Source: Acidobacteriota bacterium
GTDB taxonomy: Bacteria; Acidobacteriota; Aminicenantia; Aminicenantales; Saccharicenantaceae
Direction: 5' to 3'
NCBI GenBank assembly: GCA_028749205.1
Contig: JAQULR010000008.1
Location: 2,672 to 66,671, forward strand
DNA length: 64,000 nucleotides
Shown here one piece after another: positions 9,151-18,785 of the stretch. A model generated the notes under the pieces. The model saw only the letters and a list, made by a program, of their open reading frames with translations, had not been told where the DNA came from and searched no databases. The translations under genes were made by a program, and so were the position numbers. Position 1 is the stretch's first letter, and each line of letters begins with the position of its first letter.

Positions 9151-10833
9151 ATGATTCGCTATTTAAGAATAAAAAATCTAGCAACTATTGAAGATCTTGA
9201 ACTGGAGTTATATCCCGGATTTACCATCCTAACTGGAGAAACCGGAGCTGGAAAGTCCATCATCATCGACGCTATCAAGCTTCTTCTGGGCGAAAAAGCT
9301 TCACCTGAGCTCATCCGCACTGGAAAGGAAGAGGCTTCAGTCGAAGCTATTCTGGAGGTCACCGACCTTCAGGTTCTCCCAGAAGGGATAGACCTGGAAG
9401 CCGAAAACCAGATTTTTCTTCAGAGAATCGTTTCCAGTCAGGGCTGGAGCAAATCTTATCTAAACGGGGTGCTGGTACCATTAAAAAAGCTCAAAGAGGT
9501 TGGGGAGTTTTTGATTGACATCTACGGTCAGAATGACCACATCTTTCTTCTGGACACTTCCAGCCACCTGAAATTTCTGGATGATTTTGCCGAAGTTACA
9601 GAACTTAGAAATATGGTCGGGCAGGCAGCCAGGGAACTCCGCTCCTTAATCAAAGAAAAAGAAGCCCTGGAAGCCAAGCAGAAAGAAAGAGCCCAAAGAC
9701 TTGATTTCATCAGTTTTCAGATAAAAGAGATAGAAGAAGCCGACCTCAAGCCTGGCGAAGATGAAGAACTCCTTCAGGAAAGGTCTATTCTTAAGAACTC
9801 AGAAAAAATAGTCATTTTGGTCAACTCGGCCATAGAACTTTCTTGTGAAAAAGAAGAGTCTTTAATGGCCGGACTAAAAAAAGTTGAAAACCTTATCTCC
9901 GAACTTCAAAGTTTTTTCCCCGAGTTAGAAATGGTAAAGAATGAAATTTCTGATTTTAATATATTTTTGCCAGAGTTGGTTAGTAATCTTGTTGAACTTC
10001 GAGAGAGATACGCACCTTCGCCTCTCAGGCTGGAACAAATTGAGGAAAGGCTCAACCGACTGGAAAAGTTAAAAAGAAAATATGGCACCACCATCAAGGA
10101 GATCTTTGATTATCTTAATAATATAAAAAAAGAGAAAGAGGAACTGGAAAAAAGCCAGGAAAAACTCACCGACCTTGACCGGGAAATAGAAAAAGCCTTT
10201 GACAGTTATCTGAAACTTTGCTCCCAACTTAGATCGCAGCGCCAGGAAAAAGCTAAAAGCCTGGAAAAACTTTTAGTTGGTGAACTGGAACAACTGGCAA
10301 TGGCTAAAGCCAGATTCCGGGTAGAATTTAAACCCATAAACCCATCACTCACTGACTTTAGAAGCATCAGAGACCTGGGCTCTGAGGAATTGGAGTTTTT
10401 ACTGTCGACCAATCCGGGTGAAGAACTCAGATCTTTGCGTCGGATTGCCTCGGGCGGTGAACTGTCCAGAATTATGCTGGCCTTTAAAGCTCTGGTTAAA
10501 GAAGCTGAAACGGGTCGGACCATGATTTTCGATGAAATTGACTCCGGAATTGGAGGCAAAACCGCAGATTTTGTAGCCCAGAAGTTAAAACAGTTATCCC
10601 AAGCACATCAGGTTCTTTGTATCACTCATCTGCCTCAGATTGCCTCGGCGGCTAGCCACCATTACCAGATTGAAAAAATGACTGAAAAGGGCCGGACCTA
10701 TACCCTGGTTAAGAAACTTAAGGATGAGGATCGACCAGAAGAGATAGCCAGATTAATAGCCGGAAACCGGCTGAGCCAGGCCAGCCTGAAAATGGCTAAG
10801 GAATTGCTGGAACAAAACTCCAGAAGTAATTGA
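9151..10833 (+). CDS. recN: DNA repair protein RecN
   Basis: Walker A GETGAGKS. Long coiled-coil middle region. SGGELSR signature and FDEIDSGIGG Walker B. Confidence 0.92.
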   Translation: MIRYLRIKNLATIEDLELELYPGFTILTGETGAGKSIIIDAIKLLLGEKASPELIRTGKEEASVEAILEVTDLQVLPEGIDLEAENQIFLQRIVSSQGWSKSYLNGVLVPLKKLKEVGEFLIDIYGQNDHIFLLDTSSHLKFLDDFAEVTELRNMVGQAARELRSLIKEKEALEAKQKERAQRLDFISFQIKEIEEADLKPGEDEELLQERSILKNSEKIVILVNSAIELSCEKEESLMAGLKKVENLISELQSFFPELEMVKNEISDFNIFLPELVSNLVELRERYAPSPLRLEQIEERLNRLEKLKRKYGTTIKEIFDYLNNIKKEKEELEKSQEKLTDLDREIEKAFDSYLKLCSQLRSQRQEKAKSLEKLLVGELEQLAMAKARFRVEFKPINPSLTDFRSIRDLGSEELEFLLSTNPGEELRSLRRIASGGELSRIMLAFKALVKEAETGRTMIFDEIDSGIGGKTADFVAQKLKQLSQAHQVLCITHLPQIASAASHHYQIEKMTEKGRTYTLVKKLKDEDRPEEIARLIAGNRLSQASLKMAKELLEQNSRSN

Positions 10834-10986
10834 GAATAACCCTGGCTTCTCTTTAATAAGAGAAGATAGATTGAGTCCAGATATTATTACTTCATACCCC
10901 CGATTTTACCCGGTTTTATGAACAATTCAGATTAATTTCAGCTATAATATAGCTCTATATAAAAATATTTTGATCACTAAGAACCG

Positions 10987-12297
10987 ATGTTAGAAGGAAA
11001 AACTTATTACCTGCGGACCTTCGGCTGCCAGATGAATGTCAATGACTCGGAACATATTGCTAGCCTGCTGCTGGCTGAAGGTGCCAGGCCCGCCTCTCAG
11101 GTAGAGGATAGTGATTTCATCCTGGTTAATACCTGTGCTGTCAGAGAAAAGTCAGTAGAAAAATTCTTCTCCTACTTAGGGCGACTAAAAGAGTCCAAAG
11201 AAAAACGCGGATCTCTGCTGGTCTGCTTGGGCTGTGTGGCCCAGATATACCGCGAAGAACTACTAAGAAAATTTCCTTATCTTGACCTGATAGTCGGCAC
11301 CAATCAATATTCAGCTATTCCCTTTTTTCTAAGAAACCTGCTTGAAGAAAAACGGGTCCAGACTGGCCGGAAGAAAGGCTGGCTGGAACTGCCGATTGCC
11401 AGGGAAGCCAGAGAGAGCCAGGTTTCAGCTTATGTAACTATCATGGAAGGCTGTAATAACTTTTGTAGCTTCTGTGTCGTCCCCTTTGCGCGGGGCCGAG
11501 AAAAATACCGACCGCTCTCCTCAATTCTTAAGGAAGTTAAAGAACTGGCTGACTGTGGATGCCTCGAGGTTCAACTTCTCGGACAGAACGTCAATTCCTA
11601 TCGCGACCCAGAAAGCGGAGCCGGACTAAAAGAACTCTTGGCTGAGATAGCTGAGGTTCCGGGAATTGAGTGGATCCGATTCCTAACTTCTCATCCAAAA
11701 AATTTTAGCCCTGAGCTTATTCGGGCCATGGTGTCCTCGAGAAAGATATGCCATCAACTTCATCTGCCCCTGCAATCCGGTTCTAACCGTATCCTGAAAA
11801 AGATGAATCGCGGCTACAGTCGAGAAGATTACCTAAATAAAATAGACCTTCTTCGATCCTTGATGCCTGATATCAGTTTGAGTACCGATATTATTGTGGG
11901 TTTCCCCACCGAGACTGAAGAAGATTTCGCCATGACCATGGAGCTTCTGGAAAAGGTCCGCTTCAGTAACGTCTTTTCTTTCCGGTATTCTCCCCGCCCA
12001 CTGACTGCCGCCTCAAAAATAAAAGACGATGTCCCTGACCAAACCAAAATTGACCGACTAATCAGGTTACAGGCAAAACAAAAAGATATCCAGTTAGAGC
12101 TCAACCGAAACTATCTAATGAAAACCATTAAAGTACTCTGCCTCGGGCCCAGTAAGAAGGGAAATCTCTTTGCTGGAAGAAGCGAGTGGTTTCAGGTGGT
12201 TAATTTCAGCTCACCCAATAATGTCAGCCTGGGGCTGGTGCAGGTAAAAATCACCGGTTGTGGTCCCTATAGTCTTCACGGAGAGTTATCTGGCTGA
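10987..12297 (+). CDS. miaB: tRNA (N6-isopentenyladenosine-37-C2)-methylthiotransferase MiaB
   Basis: N-terminal TFGCQMN...NTCAVRE...GC UPF0004 cysteines. Radical SAM CNNFCSFC motif. C-terminal TRAM-like domain. Confidence 0.9.
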   Translation: MLEGKTYYLRTFGCQMNVNDSEHIASLLLAEGARPASQVEDSDFILVNTCAVREKSVEKFFSYLGRLKESKEKRGSLLVCLGCVAQIYREELLRKFPYLDLIVGTNQYSAIPFFLRNLLEEKRVQTGRKKGWLELPIAREARESQVSAYVTIMEGCNNFCSFCVVPFARGREKYRPLSSILKEVKELADCGCLEVQLLGQNVNSYRDPESGAGLKELLAEIAEVPGIEWIRFLTSHPKNFSPELIRAMVSSRKICHQLHLPLQSGSNRILKKMNRGYSREDYLNKIDLLRSLMPDISLSTDIIVGFPTETEEDFAMTMELLEKVRFSNVFSFRYSPRPLTAASKIKDDVPDQTKIDRLIRLQAKQKDIQLELNRNYLMKTIKVLCLGPSKKGNLFAGRSEWFQVVNFSSPNNVSLGLVQVKITGCGPYSLHGELSG

Positions 12298-12382
12298 TAT
12301 TTTGCCCCGGATTCATTGCAACCATTCCTCTTTTAAGATATAATTTTAATCCGTTTTGTCGGATTTAAGGATAAACCCGGTC

Positions 12383-13423
12383 ATGAAGGTTAATGTTTGG
12401 AATACTATTAATCAGCTTAGCAAAGAACGCGGCGTCCAGCCTAGAATTATCATCAAAGCTATAGAAGAATCTTTGCGTATCGCCGCAGCCAGGTTTTTCG
12501 ATAAAGGTGAAGAAGTAGTGGTTGACTTTAGGCCGGAAAAGAGTGAATTGAGAGTTTATGCCATCAAGAAGGTAGTGTCTGAAGCCCAAAATCCGGCCAG
12601 CGAGATTTCACTGGATGAAGCCGTGCTCTATGACCCTACTGCTCAGCTCAATAAAACTATAGAAATTGAACTGCCGGCTGAAACTTTAGGCCGGATTGCC
12701 GCTCAAGCTGCCAAGCAAGTAATTTATCAGAAAGTTCGTGATGCCGAACAGGAAAAAATTTATCAGGAATTCGCCCCCAGGATTGGAGAAATAGTGACGG
12801 GAACGGTCTTAAGGTTTGAAAACAACGGGACGATCTTAGAAATAAAACAGGCTGAAGCTTTTCTTCCCAACAAAGAAAAACTGCCAGCAGATGAATTCCG
12901 GAAAGGAGACCTGGTTAAGGGGGTGGTTACTCACGTCCTGAAAAATACCCGTGGACCACAGATCCAGCTTTCCAGGACTTCACCACGATTCCTCATCAAG
13001 TTACTGGAACTCGAAATACCGGAAATTGCTGCTGGAACAATTCAGATTAAAGACATTATTAGACAACCGGGGGAAAGAACTAAGGTGGCGGTTTTCAGCC
13101 AGGCCAAGGACATCGACCCTATTGGCGCCTGCATTGGTGTTAAAGGTAACAGGATCCTCAATATAACCAAAGAACTCCAGGGCGAGAAGATCGACATAAT
13201 TGTCTGGGATTCAGACCCATTAGCTTATGCCAGGTCAGCCCTCAGCCCGGCAAAAATTAACAAGATTGTTATTACCAACAATCAGGCCAAGGAAATGGAA
13301 GCCAGAGTAGATAAGCAGCAGTTCTCTCTGGCTATCGGCAAGAAAGGAATTAATGTTAGACTGGCCAGTAAACTGGTCGGTTGGAAAATCTCTATAATTC
13401 AAGAACAGAAAGCTAAAGAATAA
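12383..13423 (+). CDS. nusA: transcription termination/antitermination factor NusA
   Basis: N-terminal domain, S1 domain (GEIVTGTV) and two KH domains (GACIGVKGNRI, LAIGKKGINVRLA). I chose the ATG at 12383. The TTG at 12356 in the track is the alternative. Confidence 0.9.
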   Translation: MKVNVWNTINQLSKERGVQPRIIIKAIEESLRIAAARFFDKGEEVVVDFRPEKSELRVYAIKKVVSEAQNPASEISLDEAVLYDPTAQLNKTIEIELPAETLGRIAAQAAKQVIYQKVRDAEQEKIYQEFAPRIGEIVTGTVLRFENNGTILEIKQAEAFLPNKEKLPADEFRKGDLVKGVVTHVLKNTRGPQIQLSRTSPRFLIKLLELEIPEIAAGTIQIKDIIRQPGERTKVAVFSQAKDIDPIGACIGVKGNRILNITKELQGEKIDIIVWDSDPLAYARSALSPAKINKIVITNNQAKEMEARVDKQQFSLAIGKKGINVRLASKLVGWKISIIQEQKAKE

Positions 13424-13426
13424 ATC

Positions 13427-15286
13427 ATGAAAAATCTGGCAACTAAGAAAACTACCTCAACTAAAACTAAACGACCAGCTGTCAAAAAAAAGCAAACTTC
13501 TAGCAGCCAGAGGCAGGATCAGGCTCAGTCTGTTCATAAACCCAGGCCAAAAATTAATATTCAGGAAGGCTCTACCATCAAGGACGTAGCCGAGAGATTC
13601 AGGATCAAACCCAAGGATCTTATCGATCACTTAGTATCGGCAGGATATGAAGTAGCAGCTTCCGACCTGGTCGATGAAAGACTGCTCCAGGCCATCTCTA
13701 AAATCATCAAAATTGATCTGGAGATGGTTTCTTTAGAAGAAGATATTCGGAAGCTGGCTTTCGGCTTGAAAGATGATCTGGTGCCCAGACCTCCAGTAGT
13801 TACCATCATGGGCCATGTTGACCATGGTAAAACCACTCTTTTAGATGCCATTAGGTCCTCCAAGCTGGTTGATCGGGAAGTTGGTGGCATTACTCAGCAT
13901 ATCGGAGCCTATCGAGTCAGCTGCAAAAATAGATACATTACTTTCATCGATACCCCCGGGCACGAAGCTTTTACCCAGTTAAGAGCTCGAGGAGCACAAA
14001 TCACCGATATTGTGGTTCTGGTGGTGGCGGCTGATGATGGAGTAATGCCCCAAACCAAAGAAGCCATTAGCCACGCTCAAGTTGCCAATGTGCCGATAAT
14101 TGTGGCTATTAATAAGATAGATAAGCCCGAAGCCAACCCGGAAAGAGTTAAACAACAGTTGGCTAAAGAAGGGTTGATTGTTGAAGACTGGGGTGGCAAG
14201 ACCATCTGCGTAGAAATTTCTGCCAAAGAGGGAAAAAACATTAATGAATTGTTGGAGATGATTCTACTGCTCGGAGATATTCTGGAGCTTAAATCGCATC
14301 CATATGTTCCCGCTCAGGGTGTCATTCTTGAGTCCAGGCTGGACCCCAAAAAAGGACCCGTAGGAACAGTTATTGTTCAGCTAGGAACCTTAGTTCCCGG
14401 GCAGGCCTTTATTTCAGGGGTCACCTTTGGAAAAGCCCGGGCTCTTTTTGATGAGTTTGGTAAACAGGTTAAGAGTGCTGGACCTTCAGTGCCAGTAGAG
14501 GTGTTGGGCTTTAATACAGTGCCTGAGGCCGGCAATTTTTTTCAGGTTGTCCCTGACTTGGAAATAGCTCGTCGGATTTCTGAGTTTAGAATTGCCCGGC
14601 TGAAAAAAGGATACCAGAAGAAGGAAGAACCTCTGAGCCTGGAAGAACTATTCAATAAAATTGAAAAGGGACAGACCAAGGAACTTCCAGTTATCATTAA
14701 AGCAGATGTCCATGGCTCGGTTGAAGTTCTGAAAGATTTATTGCCAACTCTAAGCACTGACCGGGTAAAAATAACTGTGATTCAATCCGCTACTGGAAAC
14801 ATTACCGAAGCTGATGTTTTGCTGGCCTCGGCCTCTAAAGCCATAATCATCGGTTATAACATAAAGGTTCCGGCAAAAATCCTGGAACTGGCCCAAAAAG
14901 AAAAAGTTGAAATCAGACTTTACAAAATCATTTACCAGCTAACAGATGACCTGAAAAGATCTGTGGCCGGAATGCTGGAACCGGTGATAAAAGAAAGTTT
15001 CCTGGGTAGAGCCGTGGTCAAGAAAATCTTCCAGATACCCAAGGTGGGGACAGTGCTTGGCTGTCAGGTACTTGAGGGAAAAGTGGTCAGAAATGCAGAG
15101 GCCAGAGTAATCCGAGACAACCAGATCCTATACCAGACCAGGATTTCCTCGCTCAAACACCTTAAGGAGAACGTTACTGAAGTTAGCCGAGGCTATGAAT
15201 GCGGGATCGGGCTGGAAAAGGCCCAGGGGGTTCAATCGGGAGATATGATTGAGGTTTTCATCCGGGAAAAAATTATGCCTGAATAA
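13427..15286 (+). CDS. infB: translation initiation factor IF-2
   Basis: GTPase motifs [17 protein letters not shown] and NKID. Short basic N-terminus. Sits immediately downstream of nusA. Confidence 0.93.
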   Translation: MKNLATKKTTSTKTKRPAVKKKQTSSSQRQDQAQSVHKPRPKINIQEGSTIKDVAERFRIKPKDLIDHLVSAGYEVAASDLVDERLLQAISKIIKIDLEMVSLEEDIRKLAFGLKDDLVPRPPVVTIMGHVDHGKTTLLDAIRSSKLVDREVGGITQHIGAYRVSCKNRYITFIDTPGHEAFTQLRARGAQITDIVVLVVAADDGVMPQTKEAISHAQVANVPIIVAINKIDKPEANPERVKQQLAKEGLIVEDWGGKTICVEISAKEGKNINELLEMILLLGDILELKSHPYVPAQGVILESRLDPKKGPVGTVIVQLGTLVPGQAFISGVTFGKARALFDEFGKQVKSAGPSVPVEVLGFNTVPEAGNFFQVVPDLEIARRISEFRIARLKKGYQKKEEPLSLEELFNKIEKGQTKELPVIIKADVHGSVEVLKDLLPTLSTDRVKITVIQSATGNITEADVLLASASKAIIIGYNIKVPAKILELAQKEKVEIRLYKIIYQLTDDLKRSVAGMLEPVIKESFLGRAVVKKIFQIPKVGTVLGCQVLEGKVVRNAEARVIRDNQILYQTRISSLKHLKENVTEVSRGYECGIGLEKAQGVQSGDMIEVFIREKIMPE

Positions 15287-15298
15287 GGGGCCCGGGAA

Positions 15299-15580
15299 AT
15301 GATGGTTGGAGTCCTAACTTTAGAGTTTTTTCTTGATTATTCTCATTCTCTCAAAGAAAAAAGGCGTTTTATCAATAGTTTTACCAACCGTCTGAAAAAT
15401 CGCTTTAATGTTTCAGTCTCAGAGATTGGTTTCCAGGAAAACTGGCAGAGGACCATTATAGCTGTAGCTATGGTAAACAGTCAGCAGGCAGTAATTCAAC
15501 AGGTTCTAACCCGCATCCTGGATGAAGCACATACTTGTGCCGAGGCTTTACTTTCAGGATATCAATTTTATTATTATTGA
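15299..15580 (+). CDS. DUF503 (YlxP-like) protein
   Basis: 93 aa. HSLKEKR motif. Conserved position between infB and rbfA. Confidence 0.7.
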   Translation: MMVGVLTLEFFLDYSHSLKEKRRFINSFTNRLKNRFNVSVSEIGFQENWQRTIIAVAMVNSQQAVIQQVLTRILDEAHTCAEALLSGYQFYYY

Positions 15581-15596
15581 GAACACAAATTTTAAT

Positions 15597-15965
15597 ATGG
15601 CCAGAGAAAGTTCTTATAGGGCTAAAAGAGTTAGCCAGCTTATCCACCAGGAAATCAGCCAATACCTTATTAGAGAACTCCCCGAATTTTTGGGTTTTTT
15701 AACTGTTACCTCAGTGGAAATGCCTGCCGACCTTAAAACAGCCCGAATCTCAGTTTCGGTCCTTCAAAAAGGAAAACGGGAAGATATCCTGAAGCTTCTG
15801 CAAAAGCGGGCTCCCCACTTCAGAAGACTTCTTGCTAACAGGCTAAATTTAAGATATAATCCTGAGCTAATTTTTGACATTGACACTTCAGCCGATTTAG
15901 AAGAGAGAATCGACCAGGTGTTAGAAGATATAAAGGGCAAAAATGAGTCAGAAGATAAAGCTTGA
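15597..15965 (+). CDS. rbfA: ribosome-binding factor A
   Basis: RAKRVSQLIHQEIS... family N-terminus. I chose the ATG at 15597. The track start at 15522 would overlap the DUF503 gene. Confidence 0.88.
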   Translation: MARESSYRAKRVSQLIHQEISQYLIRELPEFLGFLTVTSVEMPADLKTARISVSVLQKGKREDILKLLQKRAPHFRRLLANRLNLRYNPELIFDIDTSADLEERIDQVLEDIKGKNESEDKA

Positions 15966-16920
15966 AATTGCCGAAAAGATCTTTGGCAGTAATAATATCG
16001 CTATTACATCCCACCTAAGACCTGATGGAGATTCTATCTTCACCAGTTTGGCTTTGGCTGGAATGTTAGAGCTTTTAGGTAAAAGAGTTGAGATTATCAA
16101 CCAGGACCCTCTGCCTTTTCCCTTTAATGAATTGCCAGAGACAAAGAGGGTTAAGACTGGTCAGATCAATCCCGAAGGGTTGGATCTGGTCATACTTCTG
16201 GAATGTGCTGATGTTTCTCGCTCTGGCCAGACGAGGATAAACGCCTTGCCCAAAATAAACATTGACCATCATTATTCCAATTCTCCCTATGCCGATCTTA
16301 ACTGGATTGACCCAGAAGCCTCAGCGGTCGGAGAAATGGCTTATGAGTTGCTGGAACCCTTGGGCCTTGAGCCTACCTCCCAGGTGGCCGAATTTTTGTA
16401 TTCAGCTATTTTTTCTGATACCGGGTCTTTTCAATTTTCCAACACTAATTCTAAGACTTTCTATGTCTGCCACAAGTTGGTAGAGGCAGGTGCCAGGCCT
16501 CAAGCCGTAGCTACCAAGCTTTTGAATAATAACACCGCTTCGAAAGTCAGACTTCTTGGGCGGGTCCTTTCCAGTCTGGAATTGAACTCAGCAGGAAACT
16601 TAGCCATACTGACAATGTTTCGAAAAGACTTGAATGAATTTGGGCTTAAAGATGTTGATGTCGAAGATATCACCACTATAGCCAGGTCTATTAGAGGAGT
16701 AGAAATGGTGATTTTCTTCAAAGAAATGGAGCCGGGAGTATTCAGAGTTAGCTTGCGCTCTAAGGATCGGGCCAATTCAGCCCTGGTAGCTGAGTATTTC
16801 GGAGGAGGCGGTCATATGCATGCCGCTGGTTTTACTGCTAAGGGCAATTTTGAAACGCTCTTTCAGGAAATCCCAGCTCAGGTGGAGAAGCTCCTGGAGC
16901 ATAATCGTCATAAATCCTGA
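15943..16920 (+). CDS. nrnA: DHH/DHHA1 phosphoesterase (NrnA-type oligoribonuclease / pAp phosphatase)
   Basis: H.RPDGDS, INIDHH and GGGGHMHAAG motifs. Overlaps the rbfA 3' end by 23 nt. Confidence 0.8.
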   Translation: MSQKIKLEIAEKIFGSNNIAITSHLRPDGDSIFTSLALAGMLELLGKRVEIINQDPLPFPFNELPETKRVKTGQINPEGLDLVILLECADVSRSGQTRINALPKINIDHHYSNSPYADLNWIDPEASAVGEMAYELLEPLGLEPTSQVAEFLYSAIFSDTGSFQFSNTNSKTFYVCHKLVEAGARPQAVATKLLNNNTASKVRLLGRVLSSLELNSAGNLAILTMFRKDLNEFGLKDVDVEDITTIARSIRGVEMVIFFKEMEPGVFRVSLRSKDRANSALVAEYFGGGGHMHAAGFTAKGNFETLFQEIPAQVEKLLEHNRHKS

Positions 16921-16944
16921 GAACTATTTTAATACTTAGAAAAA

Positions 16945-17874
16945 ATGGATGGTCTAATCGTTGTCGATAAGCCAACAGATTGGACTTCACATGATGTGGT
17001 TCTCAGGTTGAGGAAACTTCTTAAAACCGGCAGGATTGGCCACTGTGGTACTCTTGACCCTATGGCTACAGGAGTACTGTTAGTAACTGTCGGACAGGCT
17101 ACCCGCTTATTTCCATATCTCTCTCAGCTAAACAAAACCTATAGAGGCAGGATAAAACTCGGCCAAGACACAGATACTTATGATGCCCAGGGCCAGCCAC
17201 TGGGTCCACCCAGCTATCAACTCCCTGAGAAAAATCAGATTCTGGAGGTAGCCAGTCATTTCGAAGGAAAGCTAAACCAGCTTCCCCCTCCTTATTCAGC
17301 CAAGAAAATAAATGGCCGACCGGCCTTTCGGTTAGCCCGTCAGGGATTGAAGCCTGAATTAAATCCAATAGCTGTAATTATCTATAAATTTTTAATTCTG
17401 GCTTACAACCAGCCCGAGCTAGAATTCCTGGTAGAGTGCTCATCAGGAACCTATATCAGGTCCTTAGCCCATGATCTTGGACAGAAACTCGGTTGTGGGG
17501 CACATTTGACCGCCCTGAGAAGAATAGCCGCTGGTTGTTATTCCGAAACCGATGCCTTAAAACCAGAATCAATAGAAAAACTGGCCCAGAGGAAGGCTTA
17601 TTCCAAATTTGTGATCCCGATGGAAAAATTGCTACCCAATTACCCTGCCGTCTGGCTTGTTAAGGAAGGCAGGACAGCTTTTCTCAATGGGGCTAAAATC
17701 AACTTAAGTCAGGTCAGCCGGGTGGTCGTGACAGACCGGGGGGAGCAAACCGGAGTCTTTTATAAGGTATTTTCCTTAGAACAGAAGCTTCTTGGCCTGG
17801 CCTCATTTGATTTTCAGGATAAAATCTTCCAGCCTGTTTTGGTTTTTAATAGCCCCGATCCTAAGACCTTCTAA
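16945..17874 (+). CDS. truB: tRNA pseudouridine(55) synthase TruB
   Basis: GHCGTLDPMATGVLLV catalytic Asp motif, YSAKK.NG motif, and a C-terminal PUA-like region. Confidence 0.92.
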   Translation: MDGLIVVDKPTDWTSHDVVLRLRKLLKTGRIGHCGTLDPMATGVLLVTVGQATRLFPYLSQLNKTYRGRIKLGQDTDTYDAQGQPLGPPSYQLPEKNQILEVASHFEGKLNQLPPPYSAKKINGRPAFRLARQGLKPELNPIAVIIYKFLILAYNQPELEFLVECSSGTYIRSLAHDLGQKLGCGAHLTALRRIAAGCYSETDALKPESIEKLAQRKAYSKFVIPMEKLLPNYPAVWLVKEGRTAFLNGAKINLSQVSRVVVTDRGEQTGVFYKVFSLEQKLLGLASFDFQDKIFQPVLVFNSPDPKTF

Positions 17875-17891
17875 TCTGAGAGGTATATTTT

Positions 17892-17909
17892 TTAGCTAAT
17901 TTTAGCTAA
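17892..17909. repeat. two copies of the 8-bp palindrome TTAGCTAA, one helical turn apart, upstream of a putative promoter
   Basis: TTAGCTAA at 17892-17899 and 17902-17909, with a degenerate third copy GTTAGCCA near 17920. TTGAAA-N17-TATTTT follows at about 17935-17963. Confidence 0.35.
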
Positions 17910-17971
17910 CCACAGAAAAGTTAGCCAGTCCCCTTGAAATTTGGTCGGCTCTGTTATATTTTATCTACGAA

Positions 17972-18250
17972 ATGAGGCTTAACAGGAATCAGATAGAACA
18001 TCTATCATTTGTAATTCTACGAACCTTAATAAAGGAAGGGAAAATTCTGGTTGAAGATAAGGCCAAGGTTTTAGAAGAAATTATTAATTTGATAACCGAA
18101 GAATTTGTTAAAGAAGATAAGTTAGATCAAGAAGTCCGAGAAATTCTAAACAAGCACCTGGATGAAATCCGTAAGGGAAACATTGAATATCAGACGATGT
18201 TCAAGATGATTAAGACTAAACTGGCCAAGGAAAGGAACATTGTAATCTGA
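17972..18250 (+). CDS. small helical protein, DUF507-like (paralog 1)
   Basis: 92 aa, charged and helical. N-terminus RLNRNQIEHLSFVIL matches the neighbour's KLSREKIHYLSKLIV. Family name is from memory, not searched. Confidence 0.55.
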   Translation: MRLNRNQIEHLSFVILRTLIKEGKILVEDKAKVLEEIINLITEEFVKEDKLDQEVREILNKHLDEIRKGNIEYQTMFKMIKTKLAKERNIVI

Positions 18251-18537
18251 TGAACAAACTCTCCAGAGAAAAGATCCACTATCTCTCCAAGTTAATAGTT
18301 AATGCTCTTTACCAAAATGATCTGGTAGATTTTCTAGACGAACCCAATGAAATTCGTTTAGCGATATTCAGAGCCATTGAAGAAGAAATGAAGCTTTACG
18401 AACAGATTAATCAAAAAGCCAGAGAAAAGATTGCTTCTCAGAAAAAACATATTGAGGAAGGCTCTCAGGAATGGGAAATCCTTTATCGGAAATACTATAA
18501 CGAAGAGCTTTCTAAATTGACCAAGCTCTCAGAATAA
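18250..18537 (+). CDS. small helical protein, DUF507-like (paralog 2)
   Basis: 95 aa. Its start overlaps the preceding stop (TGATG), which suggests translational coupling. It is a paralog of the upstream gene. Confidence 0.55.
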   Translation: MNKLSREKIHYLSKLIVNALYQNDLVDFLDEPNEIRLAIFRAIEEEMKLYEQINQKAREKIASQKKHIEEGSQEWEILYRKYYNEELSKLTKLSE

Positions 18538-18733
18538 TCACTACCATCCATTATTCTCAAAGCTGATCCCTCCTTAAAATTTCTAATTATGATGATCGAG
18601 GCCCAGTTGGTTTGCTTGTCCGATCCCCCAACTCTATTTAGCCTATGGAGTCGGTAAATTGTTGCGATTATAATCGATCAACTAATGAGGATAAAGCAGG
18701 TTGATTTGGATTATTTGTAGATAGATCAGACTT

Positions 18734-18761
18734 AAAAAAAGGGGCGGCCTTGAGCCGCCCC
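18734..18761 (-). terminator. rho-independent terminator (possibly bidirectional)
   Basis: GGGGCGGC-CTTGA-GCCGCCCC hairpin. On the minus strand it is followed by T7, 25 nt downstream of the stop at 18786. It also lies downstream of the plus-strand DUF507 pair. Confidence 0.8.
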
Positions 18762-18785
18762 TTCTTGAAATATCAAGCTCCCAGA

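Noticed and set aside
10846-10865. Perfect hairpin CTTCTCTT-TAAT-AAGAGAAG just after recN.
   Set aside because: The stem is AT-rich and no T-tract follows, so I do not call it an intrinsic terminator. It may still be a weak processing or pause site.
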